64,000 bases of DNA from Raillietiella orientalis (Eukaryota), in contig JAYWIR010000021.1 in assembly GCA_036172245.1 (NCBI GenBank), forward strand, positions 2,170,001-2,234,000, written 5' to 3'. This document shows, piece after piece, positions 26,001 through 37,619 of the stretch (the first letter of the stretch is position 1; each line of letters begins with the position of its first letter). The translations under genes were made by a program, and so were the position numbers. The notes beneath the pieces are model-generated. The model was not told the origin of the DNA. It did not search any database and saw nothing but the letters and a program-made list of their open reading frames with translations.

Positions 26001-26393
26001 CGGATGGCCGCGCAGCGGCGGTGTGGAACTTCCGTGGTGCTGCCAGACGACAAGCATTCCGGCATTCACTGGGAAAACGGAAAGAGAAGAAGAAGAGAGC
26101 CCGGCGGGTGAAAAGGGCGCGCTGCCCGTGTATTTGCCGAGCCAGCGCCAATTGAAACCGATCCACTCGTTTCTTTTTTCCCCTACGAATTCGGCGAAAA
26201 ACGAAGATTTCCCCACCACACGCCATCCTCGGTGGAACAACCCCCCCGCGGCATTCAGGTCTTAGGAGGGCTAAAGCTTTACAGCCTCACTGAAAGGCTA
26301 CTCAAACACGAAAGGAGCAAACTTCTGCAAGCGGGCATTTGCAGGAATAGAGGAAGCTCTCGGCTCTACGGATATGAGAAATGCCACCAGCGA

Positions 26394-26397
<4 letters not shown>

Positions 26398-26430
<33 letters not shown>

Positions 26431-26454
26431 AGAAAAAAAAAGAAGGAAAAAAAA
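26398..26454 (+). repeat. Poly(A)/A-rich tract
   Basis: About 30 consecutive A followed by A-rich sequence. Confidence 0.9.
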
Positions 26455-27951
26455 CGCCAGCAATGAAGGTTAGGAATTGCGTGAAAATCACTGGAAGGCA
26501 GGAGGAGGTCAATTGCAGCTTAGGAAACCACAAAACAAGGGATCTCTGTTAAACGCCCACAAACCTGATTTATTTGAATGATTCAGTAGAAAGTATTCGG
26601 TTTGTCCTCACGAGTGACCAACAGATGTTGACCCCAAACGTCGTCCTCAAATGCTGCTCAGTCTTAAGAGTTCAGTTGTCAAGCGTTCTGGACAGGTCGC
26701 TGGCATTCAAATAAGAGGGAAAAACTCCATTGGGTGCTTGGGGGTGCCCCACCCACTACATTCCGCCCGGAAGCGGAGATGGTCAGAGGTCTCGCGCCGG
26801 TGCAGTCGGCAAGCAAAGCAGCAAATGCGCCGACCTGGGACGGCGCCGGCCCCTTGGAAAGAACTCTGAAGAGGAATCGTAAGTTTCTCCTGGCCCCCGA
26901 ATGAACGAAAGCATCGACTTGAGGAAAGGTTGGCAGACGGAGGCGTCAGGATGTACGCACACTGCAATGGGGCATCACGAAATCCACCAACTACGGCAAC
27001 GGTGTTCATTCATTTCAAGTTGCGTTCACAGTATGGAGCGCACCAGCTGGATGGTTCTTGTCCAGATTTATACGTTGGAGTTCAGGTCATTCCAAAAGCA
27101 TTAAAGCAAGATGTGGGCTGCTTCTGCATCTTCTGCATGACCCCCCTCCCCCTTCCATCGGGACATGCACCACTCGGAAAATGTTTTGCATCTAATTTCC
27201 CAAGAAACTTAAGGCCAAACTATTCCCGTTAATGAAAGTAAGAACACGAGATTTCGAGCACCTCGCCCTGATGCAGAAACTGGGTGCTCCTAAAGTAAAG
27301 TATGACAAGCAATTCACACTGTCAGAACACCACCATGATTACTTGCGGCAAAATCTTCACAACCTCGACAACATTTACGAGGATGAAAGCTTTGTTTTCT
27401 AACCTATTACATTTAAATGAAATGGAAATGCAAGTCGGAGGGTAAATATTTCTGCTTTGGATACTTTGCAGTGCAGCAGGATCAATCCGAAACGGAGGGG
27501 GGAGCCGGTCACCCAGTTCAACTCGACATTGGAAAATGGCTCTTCCAATATCAGCTGCCCCCAAATGCAGGCGTTCATTGAGTTTCTTCAAACCCTATTT
27601 TTAAATGTGACCTGTGATGCCACACACACACACACACACACACACATTTGCATAAGGCACAACAATCTCTTTTGGCACATATCATCCTTTTCGATGAATT
27701 TCTTTAAAATTCACGTGCAGCCCAATGCAGCAAATCACCAACAGGTTGCATATTAGAGAAACAATCAGTTAAAATCGGGCACATTTTCAAATTGCTCAGA
27801 TACTTTGGAAATTAGATATACAACGCTATGCTTGAAGGCTGTGGATGATCACAGCCTTTCATCTTGAAGATACATCTGGAACATCATTATTTCCTGATAA
27901 ATCACATGGTGTACTCTTTCTGTCAATGATGCCTTTTTTTCTAAAGCAATG

Positions 27952-27957
27952 TTTATT
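27952..27957 (-). terminator. Candidate polyadenylation signal (AATAAA) of ARMH3
   Basis: TTTATT on the plus strand ~115 nt downstream of the ARMH3 stop codon. Confidence 0.5.
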
Positions 27958-28072
27958 ACAAAATTATAATTTTCTAAAAAAGAACAACTGCTTTATCATG
28001 AAACAACGACAATAAAGGGCAACACCAAACACATTTCACTGAAGAGTTGACTAAGTATTGACTAATGGTAGC

Positions 28073-30226
28073 TCATTCCTTCGCTGTGCTTGCACTTCCA
28101 TCAGCTTGGAAGCTGCTTCTTAGCTGCATTGCGACACACTGGGAATCAAAGGCATCTAGCTGCAAATCTTGCTTGATATTCATGATGATGTTGCTCATCT
28201 AAACAAATCTCAGCCAACATATCCCACAAGCCACGCACTTACCATTGAAGAGAAAAACAATGCATGCTTGTATTTTTCATTGTATCTATCATAATGATCC
28301 AGATTATCTTGCAGCCTAAGAGTTAATGTATCATAATTGGTCTGAATCACTTCTAATACCTGCATCCAAAACCAATTCCTGTGTAAGATATTACATTTCT
28401 ACCTGACTTTCTGAAAGCTGAGAAGACTTGGACTCCAAGATGTACTTTTCCATTTTACTAGAAAAATGCATTATGATGGCACATACATTAATCAAGTTAT
28501 TTTTGAGTTTCTGTGCTGATTCTTTCCATTCTCCATTGGCATCTACATGTTGGGAAGCTAGTGAACAGAAATTGTCTGCAACCTTTTATCCCAGCTTACC
28601 AAAATTATGAAGATTTTCAAATAGCTCATGCATCCGCAATAGTTCATAATACAACAAATCATAGATAATGGCACTGTACAAAAACAAGTCACCAAAAGTA
28701 ATAAAAAAGTTAAAGATGCTAATCACTGCTGTGCATAGTTCAAATACATTTGTACTTTTAATTAAGGATGCCTCATTAGTGACAAGAAATTTAAGTAACA
28801 TCAAGAGTGCATTCCAAAGAGCTGGCCAAGAGTAAGACAACCGGACTTGACTTTTTTTTTGAAAACACAGAAGTCTATGCACAATCTCTAAACCCAGTAA
28901 ATACAACTCGGTTGGAAATTTTTTCATTAGATGGCTTATCAAGAATTCAACCAAGAGATCCAACAAAGTGCAACCTAATGGTCTTAGTGAAGCAGGCTGA
29001 TTATTTGAACTTTTACGATGCCTCATTGGCACATGATGTAAGTGAACTTTAAAGATGAGATTTTGATCATGCAGGTAATTGTTGGCAATCTCGTCCTCAC
29101 AAATACATGAAAGGATCAGAAAGCACAGCTTCACTGTGTTACAGTGCACTTCTGACTGTATATCCTGCATCACAATAGAACAATATTCTAACAAGGATAC
29201 TAACACATTTGAATGAACAGCTCTATCTTCATCCAGCTTTCCCTGATCTAAATGGGGAATCCCACTTAAGTCAAATTCAGATTCATCAGGAAATAGATCC
29301 TTGTGAGACTGGATCAAAGTGGAAATAAAATTCCTGTTCAGATGAATAGCTTCATATAACGATAACAGAAAGCCTTCATTCAATTTGTTGTTCTTTACTT
29401 TGTTTTCAGTTTCTTCAGAAACAAAGAAATTTCCCACCATTGATGAGAAAGAAGAAAGTAAACCTGAATTCTGATTAACACTTTTGAGATGAAATTTTCT
29501 ATTGAAACTGTTCAATATACTTGAGATAACTTGTGCATAACCATTTAAAATTACTTCATTGTTCAGTATTGAAAGCTTTAAAACATAAGGATTAGAAGAT
29601 TCGTATTTGTGATAATTCACTAACAATGTTAAGACTAGAATAGCATCATGACCAAGAATCTGCTTTGTATGACTATCAAATAGCACATGAATCAATTGTT
29701 CATAAATAGTATGTATCATCAAGTACTCAACAAGGGAATTTTCATCAATGTTCTCAATTCCGGTTAATAAAATTAAAAGTAACTTTAAGGATAAGGATTT
29801 AATACATATAGGAACTTCTATCTCTAAGAACTTTCCACATCTTTCAATCAATATTTGCATCAAAAAGTCAGCATTTGGAAATTCCATCAAAACATTGATC
29901 ATATCATCAGGATGGCTATTACATAATTTTTTGAAAACTTCTCGTATCAAGATACACAAAGTCAGCAAGGAATTGAATATCCTGAACTGGTGTGGTGAGA
30001 CGAGAACATTCACACAACGTTCAAATAACTTGTTCACCGATTCTTTCAGATCGAGCAAATGTTGGGGTGTCACTTTCGAGATTTCTCTTTCCAAGTCTGC
30101 AACTTTTGGTTTCATCAAAAAGAACTCTTCCCAAAACTCATTACTTTGAAACGGCACATTCTCCCCTTTGAAGAGGCTCTCGTAAATGACAACAACTTTG
30201 CTTCTCAGTTGTTTCTTCAGAGCCAT
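28073..30226 (-). CDS. ARMH3: Armadillo-like helical domain-containing protein 3 (C10orf76/UPF0668) orthologue; 4 coding exons: 30226-28600, 28557-28403, 28359-28243, 28198-28073; 674 aa
   Basis: ORF 28586..30226 begins [16 protein letters not shown]...FWEEFFLMK and contains [23 protein letters not shown] and [13 protein letters not shown], which match the ARMH3 family as I recall it. Splicing at GT-AG introns 28599-28558, 28402-28360 and 28242-28199 restores the family C-terminus ([10 protein letters not shown]...[33 protein letters not shown]) and ends at TGA 28075-28073. Total 2025 nt, divisible by 3. Confidence 0.93.
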
Positions 30227-33200
30227 GTTCCTTCCTTCCTGCCTCCGCAGCCCAACACGCTTTCGTCACGCCGAGTGCACAAAGTCACAGTCGCCGGCGA
30301 GTCCCGTCACACGTGACCTGGGATGAACTTTCCACGGGTGTCTTCCGACGGGACTCCACCGACCACTGGGCGCCGCCGACGTCCACGCGCACGGGGAGGC
30401 GACCGCGCGCGCTGCAACGCGGAGCTTCCCGGATCTTCTTCTTCTTCCTCCTCCTCGTCACCCCCCCCCCTCCCGTTTGCCGGTCGGGCCGTTTCCAGCA
30501 AGGTCGGGGCGACCCCCCACACCGAGGGGGAGGGGCGGCCCTCGTCGCAAGAGTGCCTTGTCCACGGACGGCACCCGGTCAAGGGTTCTTCCTGCTGCTG
30601 CGCCGTCACGGCCGTGTGGTCGGACGTGTCGCTGCTCCGGGGGGTCCACTCCCAAGAGAAAATCCTGAAAGCGAAGCCGTCCACGGTGTCCTTCCTCCGC
30701 CCGGTGGTACGAAAACGGGGGTGGATGACTCCCCTGGCATGCGCGCTCATTTGTACAGTCCGACTGTGTACGGAAGATACACTCTGTTCGTCCGTTTGGA
30801 ACGCTCATTTTCCTGCAGTCCCGTGCCCGAGCGAGCAGCAGAGGTGTTCTTTTCCTCCCCCCCCCCCCCCCCCCTGAAAGCATCCACACATTTCCTGTTT
30901 CCATTACGTGCGCTGTTTTTTCTTCGTACACATCCCTTGCACTCGTAAACAACAGTGTCCTCCTTTCCTTCTTTTACTTCTTCTAAAGTTACCTGTTTCA
31001 GTTTTCTAATTTTTTTCTACGAACGATGCACACACGCCAGGAAATGATCTCATTCACACCTCGGTGAACTCCTCGTGCCTGCCAAGTCCTCACAGATCGA
31101 AAATAATAGATCATGGTGAACGATGCATTCTTACTCGAGCAGCATTCTCACCTCCCAGATGTTAACATCTGATGTCATCCAAACACCCATCTCGCCTTCT
31201 CGAAGAATCTTTAGATGAAAAGGGAAAAAAAGGAAAAAAACGAGGCTCCTATCGAACCGTTTGCTCAGACCCACTTCAAAAACGCCCGTTTACAGCAATT
31301 AGTTTTCTGAAATATTTAGAGAGAGGCAGCCAACTCGGGTTCGATCCGACTCTAAATAGAGGTGGCCCCTTTTACAGCCATTAGGGTTTTCATTCGATCA
31401 AAATCAGTGATCATATGGTGAATGTTGGTTTCACGAGGCACCTGGACCAGCCTGACCGTTCACAAAACATTCTCCAAGGAAGACGATGATGCTCCGAATT
31501 TCAATTCTGCTTCCCTTTTTCCTTCCAATGTTTATTCTCATTGAAAAATACAGTGACGCCATAGAAAATAAGGAAAGCTGACATTGCAGTTTTTTTTACT
31601 ATTTTTTTCAAGAGTTGGATTTCATTTTCTGCTGAGAGAAAAAACTCGCTGTCCGATTCCAAAAATCTTATGCCTAGAAAGACGAGCATTTACATTCTTA
31701 TTATATCCAAACCTCTTTCCAATCCCTGTGTCCATGCTCGCGGTTCACACCCCATCCATTTTCTATTATACCGACCGTATATGGAGCCTGAAATCATTTC
31801 GAATAAACATTTTCAATCAACTCAAACTGTGACGAGATTTATAGAAAGTATGACTTTTTTCAAACGATGCTTTCCATTTCGAAAACTGTGGATTGCAGAG
31901 GAAACGACTTTTAGATCCTTTTTCCAAGTGAGACGTTAGTCATTAACAGTGTTTCGAGAGAAATCCTCTTCAGGATTTCTGTTCTCGCTTACACGTGTTC
32001 ATGTTAAAAGTCTGGATACCGTAATTAAGTGCTCCCTTTATGTATGAAATCATCAGTTTCTGATTCATGCATATCCTCAATATGTTGATCTTTTTCTCAT
32101 TAAAGGAACCGTACACTTGTTGAAAGACTTCCATTTGGTTTCGTAAATAAGCATCGTTTAATGTAAATCTTCGAGGTGAGCATTAGGATCGGAGATGTCC
32201 TCTCATTTACGCATTTATAAAATGCAAGCAGTCGCTACGAGATACAAATCATAATAAAACTTTTCAAAAAAAAAGTAAAAATTGAAATATCAGTGCAAAA
32301 AAGGAAAATACAATTCGAAATCTAAATTCAAAGACATGTTTGGTGCTCAATTTGTAGGAATGAAGAGAATTTCCCAAAAAGTTGCATAATTTTTTGCAAA
32401 AATAGCTGTGGATGAAAGCAAAGTCACCATCACGAATTCAGTCATGGAGATTAGCGACTCGTCTGAATGGTGATTTCACAAAACAAGAAAGGCATTCGCT
32501 ATCTTGCAATGAGATTCAATATTCACAGATGACGACATACACATTCGAAACAATCTGCTTGCTCTAGAAATTTTTTACAAGACAGCATTTGAATACTTAC
32601 TTCATACCTTGTTCAGGAAATATTCAAAAGTGAGGATATCCAGAATGGGAACAACGATATTTACTTAGATTAACTGCTAAGCAGTTTCAAGTTTCTTGCC
32701 TCCAGTGCAGTGGCCTGGATTAGATAACATTATCAAAAGCACAGAAACATTAAGGCCATTTACGGTTTTCGCAGTGTAAACGAAATTCTAGCGAAGGAAA
32801 TAGATGAATATAATATTCCCCTAAACTCCAACTGCCTACTTTCCACTGCTCAGAAGCTGCGGAGAATTATGAAAGAATGGAAAGATTTCAAACCAAAAAG
32901 TCTAGAACTTAAGTTCCTTGATGAAAGCAAGGCTGATTATGAACATGATCTCTGGTTAGATTTTAAATAATCATAGAGGATGACTATAGCTTCTGTATTT
33001 TCACTTCGAGTTGAAATCCAAATCTAGAAATTACATGCTAGTGATCCTGTTTTAAATTCGCCAAGTGGAAGCTACTTTAATCGTTGAAAGCTGAAGAGTT
33101 TCATGAACAAAAACTGTCCTGTTTTCGATATCAGCGTTTTCTTAGTGGATTCCTATTACTGATTGCTGCTACTCTTTATCTTTTCGAACGTGTCTTGAAT

Positions 33201-33915
33201 GTTGTCCTGGGTCTGAATTCAATTTAATAATCCAAAGAGAGAACCTGTAAGTTTCTGATGTGGTAAGTTGAAACAGACTACATTTACATTTGATTTACAT
33301 TGAAATTTTCGTTTTTATCCATCCCGAGCGCTTCTGGAACTTCACCTTTTCTTCATTAGAAAAGTTCCTACTGGAGCAGAAAAATAAACTGCCACCATTC
33401 GTGGCAGTTTATGTTCACATAACGCTAAGCTCAACTCGAGCGCTGAATGAGCCTTGCTTATTTACCACGTAATGCACATATCGATCGTATTGGTGTTCTA
33501 TATTGATTTTCATTTTTTCAAATTGAAATTCATTTACCACAACTGGTTTTCTTTTATCCGACGAAAAATGTGGCTGATTGATGGCCGCTTGGCTCAGCAG
33601 ATAATGTTTTGGATATTATCCCATTTTGATGCCATCGAAATTTCGGTTCTTTGATCCCTGTCGGTTTTTGTTCGTACACAGCCAGATTGTTTTTTTCAGG
33701 GGAAATCCATTTCCATTTTTCAACCGCTTTTCAAATTCACGCTAGTCACTTTTAGTCGATGCTACTTTCGAGCCGATTGCTTTATTCGTTTTCAAATAGC
33801 ACTTTTGAAATGCTGACAATTCTGAACATACCAGAAATTGTGAGTATACGTAGCGTTCTTGTGAGCGATATTTCCTGTGTGATCGGGATATCTCGATTTC
33901 TTCGGTAATGAAGAT
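30227..33915. promoter_or_regulatory. Divergent intergenic/promoter region between ARMH3 and the ZFC3H1-like gene
   Basis: The two start codons point away from each other 3.7 kb apart. A GC/CpG-rich block (~30230-30900) abuts the ARMH3 ATG, and an AT-rich but CpG-retaining block (~33480-33900) abuts the ZFC3H1 ATG. Transcription start sites cannot be located. Confidence 0.55.
32581..32970 (+). pseudogene. Possible decayed coding relic of unknown origin
   Basis: One frame reads ILTSYLVQEIFKSEDIQNGNNDIYLD*LLSSFKFLASSAVAWIR*HYQKHRNIKAIYGFRSVNEILAKEIDEYNIPLNSNCLLSTAQKLRRIMKEWKDFKPKSLELKFLDESKADYEHDLWLDFK*. The composition is protein-like and there is an ~80-codon stop-free run in AT-rich DNA. 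No family was recognised. Confidence 0.3.
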
Positions 33916-36900
33916 ATGGAAGATATAAGTGAAGACTCTGTCGGATTTGAAACCGAGTCAGAAGAAGGAGAAATAAAAACAGATGACTCTGGTTGGTTAT
34001 TTTTGTGTTAGTATGTAATTGGATATCGCAGACTTATAATTGATTAATAGAAATTTTTGGAGTTTCGTATAATTAATCTAAGACATTGTCTAGTGTAAAT
34101 TTATATTAATGTAGTAGAAGTAGAAGTAGAAGAATAACATTTGAAGAATACCTCCATCTTTAGAGTTAGCAGTTCTAAGATCTATTTTCGTTTTCTAGAA
34201 TACGAACTTTATTTATTTAGGAAAGATTATTTTCCATATTGAGCATTCCTCATTAACTACTCCTATTTTTAATATAGTTTGTTGTTAGTGTAAGTTGTCT
34301 TTTAGATTTGGAAGCCCTCAGAACAGAGGTTAATCACATTGGGATAGATTTCAAAATCATTGATGAATATCATTCAGAAAGTGATTTTGAAGATGAGTTA
34401 CAGTTACGTTACCAAGCACTAAAGTCTGCTTACATGCGTAGATTGGATGAGTCGGAGGACAAACAGAGTGATAGTGAGCAAAACTGTAAAGAAAACATTC
34501 ATAAAGATATTGATGATAGACCTTTGTATTGTACAGAGAATATCTATAAGGACATAGATGAAAGAGAAAGATTTATAACGAATTTTTATGATGTTGATGA
34601 GAGGCCAGTTTTGTTTCCTGCAAAGAAAAGATCCACGTCACGAACTGCATTGGGAAAATCGAAATCTTCCTATAGAGTATATCATAGCCGTTTGGAACGG
34701 AGTTCACTGAGCAAACATGAGAATCCCTCTTTGGTTGTAAGTGGAAATAAAAGTAGAAATACACAAAATGCAGTCAAAGGTACTGGAAGATCAAAAACAA
34801 AATCCAAGAAGCAAACAGCTCATAAAGTAAATATAGAAAAGAAAAATGCACTTTTGAAAAAACTAGCTTCTTCAAAAGTAACATTGAGTTCTTCCTCTAT
34901 AGGGCATGAAATTTTGAAAACAGGTGAACCAAAGTATTTGGAAAATGGTAAACCCTGCATAGATCATGTGAAGAAAAAAAAATCAGGAAGTCAAGAGAAG
35001 CATGCAAATAATGATCATTCTGTGGCTATAAATGCTGAGAAAAGTGATTTGGGGGATCAGTACAATGTTTTACCACTTAATGTGTTGTCTGAAGATACGG
35101 AACAAGATGTCCGATTGAAAGATCAATACTGTTTGGAAAATGGTGTACAGTCGAGTCCTAATTTATCAGATACAAGACAGAAAGGATCAGAAGTGTGCAT
35201 TCGAACAGAAGACAAGCTGGATTCTGTAAACAACATGACAGATTATGTGAGACTTGATGAGCCAATGGATACCCAGAGTGAATCAGAAGGAGATCCAGAT
35301 TTGGCAAGCCAGCATGCTGAAGGCATCAATTTATCAAAGAAAGATGCATCATATCAAGCAAGTGATACTCCTCAAATTGAAGATGAAGATGAGGAATTAT
35401 TGCGTGCCCAGCTGCTTATTGAAATATCTCAGAGGCAGAAAAATGCACCTGCTGTGGCAAAGAAATCTTTAGGTCCAGTGATTGTTAAAAATGTTCCTAT
35501 ACCAGAAACTCTATTTGTTCCAAATAGTGATGACTCTGTAGTCAGTAAAGTAGAGGATAGAGTTGTTTATTACAATTCTGCTAATCGAAACGCCAAGGCC
35601 CTCATCAGTAAAAGTCATGCTAACAGAAAAGTCATGCACATTCAAAAAATAAAAAATGCAGTTAATCAGGAAAGATTGGTGATTAGTCTGGAAGATTCGG
35701 ATGAAGAAAACTGTGAAAATTCTGCAAATCTATCATTAGAAGTTAATAAAATGCAAACAGCACCTCTTCAGATTGCAGATCAGGTTGAAAGCTTGCTGAA
35801 AGAAGCAAGGAAGGCTTCGGAAATGGATGGAAAGAATATGCAGCAGAATGGTTTACTGGATCATTCAGCCAAAATTTTCGATGAGTCATTGATGCAACAG
35901 ACTCCCCAGGTAAGTCGTTTTTAAGAATTTCTAATGGTGTGGTTCATTTTCTTTGTTTTGTTTTGTTTTGTTTTAAATGGATTTTCGTATTATTGCTGCT
36001 GGAGTTGTATTTGCATTATTAATGCTAGGAGGGACTTGTGGAATGGGTGTTGCAGTGGGTCCCTTTGTAGGCCATCAGTCACTTGCCAGCAGTTAAGCAG
36101 CAGGAATATAAAATTCTTAGAAAGCGATTGGAAGAAAAACTTTCACACCATCCTGTAAAACGGAAACGGCAGGACTTTGAGTGTAAAGTTGAGAAGCTGC
36201 CAACTGAGCAGGAAAACCCACCAACTGTCAGTAGTCCATTGCAAACCAATGTGGGTGAAAGTGATATGGCTTCTATTGCTACATCACCCAAAAATGATGG
36301 TCATCAGCCATCTCTTCAGAGCACAGCTGTGGAAGCAAGTAGATCACAGACAGCTCCTCCCGTCAATAGGAAGCAGAAGTACTTGCATATGTTGCGTGTT
36401 TTGGAGAAAAAGATAGTCAAACAGAGGTATAGGCCTATGTTTGTTGTTTACTGATTTTGAGCAGCCCATTAATCAAATTTTTCTTTTTTTTTTTCTCTCT
36501 TTTTTTCTACTGTTTTAGAGCTGCATTGGAAGACAATTTATCCAGTATTTCCGAGTTGTTAGATGAAGTCAGTCAGGTGCAAGAAAGCATCAAATTGCTA
36601 CAGCCTAAGATCCAAGAACAGCGAAAGTATTTACAACAGCTGGAGACAGAACTTTCACAGAAAAAGAGTAGAGTGACACAGAAAAATGCTGTAATCAAAG
36701 AGCAGTTCCATACTGTGCAAATATCTCGAAATGCCTTAGTACAATTAGAAACACGGTGTCACCGTATTGGCCAGTTGCTTTTTAGTCAGTCTTATTCTAT
36801 GCCACAGAAGCATGTTAAAGACAAGATGGTCCCTCTTCTGCCCAAGCCAGTTTCCCAAGTATCACAAGTAGTTGAACCTAAAAAGCCTGTAACCAACTCC

Positions 36901-37306
36901 TGTCGTTTGCAGCTTACAGATGTGAATTCGGACCCTGTTGTATCCCCAGTTGAAAAGCTTTCCAAATCTACGGATCACAGTTGTGCTGTTACCCATGTAT
37001 CCCCCCCAGTGAATGAACAGTCCTCATTGGTCAGTTGTGTTCCAACATTTCCGCCACCTGAAGCAGCAGTTGCAGAGGATCTGCCTTCCAGTTCAGAAAG
37101 TTTGCTGTCATATATATCACCTTTAAATCACTTGCATCAAAAAGGGTGAGTCTCAGTTTTGGAGATGAATGGTAAGAATCGGTGAATGTCATTTTGTTAG
37201 TGATCTGGATCCTCAACGAATCCTTTGCCGTTATGATCTGCTTGGTACCTGTCAAGACAAAAGCTGTCCGTATCAGCATCACCAGAACTTGCTTGCAACA
37301 TCTTGA
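33916..37306 (+). CDS. ZFC3H1: ZFC3H1/Red1-like zinc finger C3H1 protein (PAXT/MTREC scaffold family); 5 coding exons: 33916-33991, 34306-35909, 36071-36426, 36519-37145, 37201-37306; 922 aa
   Basis: N-terminal acidic EEGEI motif, then EDELQLRYQALKSA, EDEELLRAQLL, HLPAVKQQEYKILRKRLEEK, a coiled-coil stretch, SYISPL, and a terminal finger DPQRILCRYDLLGTCQDKSCPYQH (C-x6-C-x4-C-x3-H, zf-C3H1 type). These motifs occur in the order I recall for ZFC3H1. All four introns are GT-AG with compatible phases (1,0,2,2). Total 2769 nt. Confidence 0.82.
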
Positions 37307-37613
37307 TTGGTTGCTGTGAGTTTCTCATGGCCTGCAATATGCATCATGAACTATCCCATGTGTAGGGGGCAGGGGGACCGGTCAGCAAAAGGTAAGTGAT
37401 GCTGATCCACCCATTCTTACATGCACTGCATACACACACACCACTCTTTCAATGGTGTTTTTACATGAAACAAAATAGAGGGGCTTTTGCCCACGTAATT
37501 TTGTAAACATTTAGTGGATTGCTTCAAGTGAGTGGATTCCTGTTTGTGGAATGGGTTTTGTGAAATTCGTGGAGCAACAAAGTTAGCCTGCCTTAAATTA
37601 TTGCGTGAAGTGA

Positions 37614-37619
37614 AATAAA
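37614..37619 (+). terminator. Candidate polyadenylation signal (AATAAA) of the ZFC3H1-like gene
   Basis: AATAAA ~310 nt after the stop, followed by a T/GT-rich tract (ttgatgttttgatt). Confidence 0.55.

Noticed and set aside
25600..26260. Possible extremely decayed LINE ORF2 on the minus strand
   Set aside because: Only vague resemblance, with no diagnostic RT or endonuclease motif.
27833..27861. Hairpin containing a miR-2-like ATCACAGCC
   Set aside because: The stem is only ~13 bp with a tiny loop, too short for a pre-miRNA.
33091..33113. Hammerhead-like CTGAAGAG core
   Set aside because: The required GAAA after stem II is absent (AAAA), and stems I and III are not evident.
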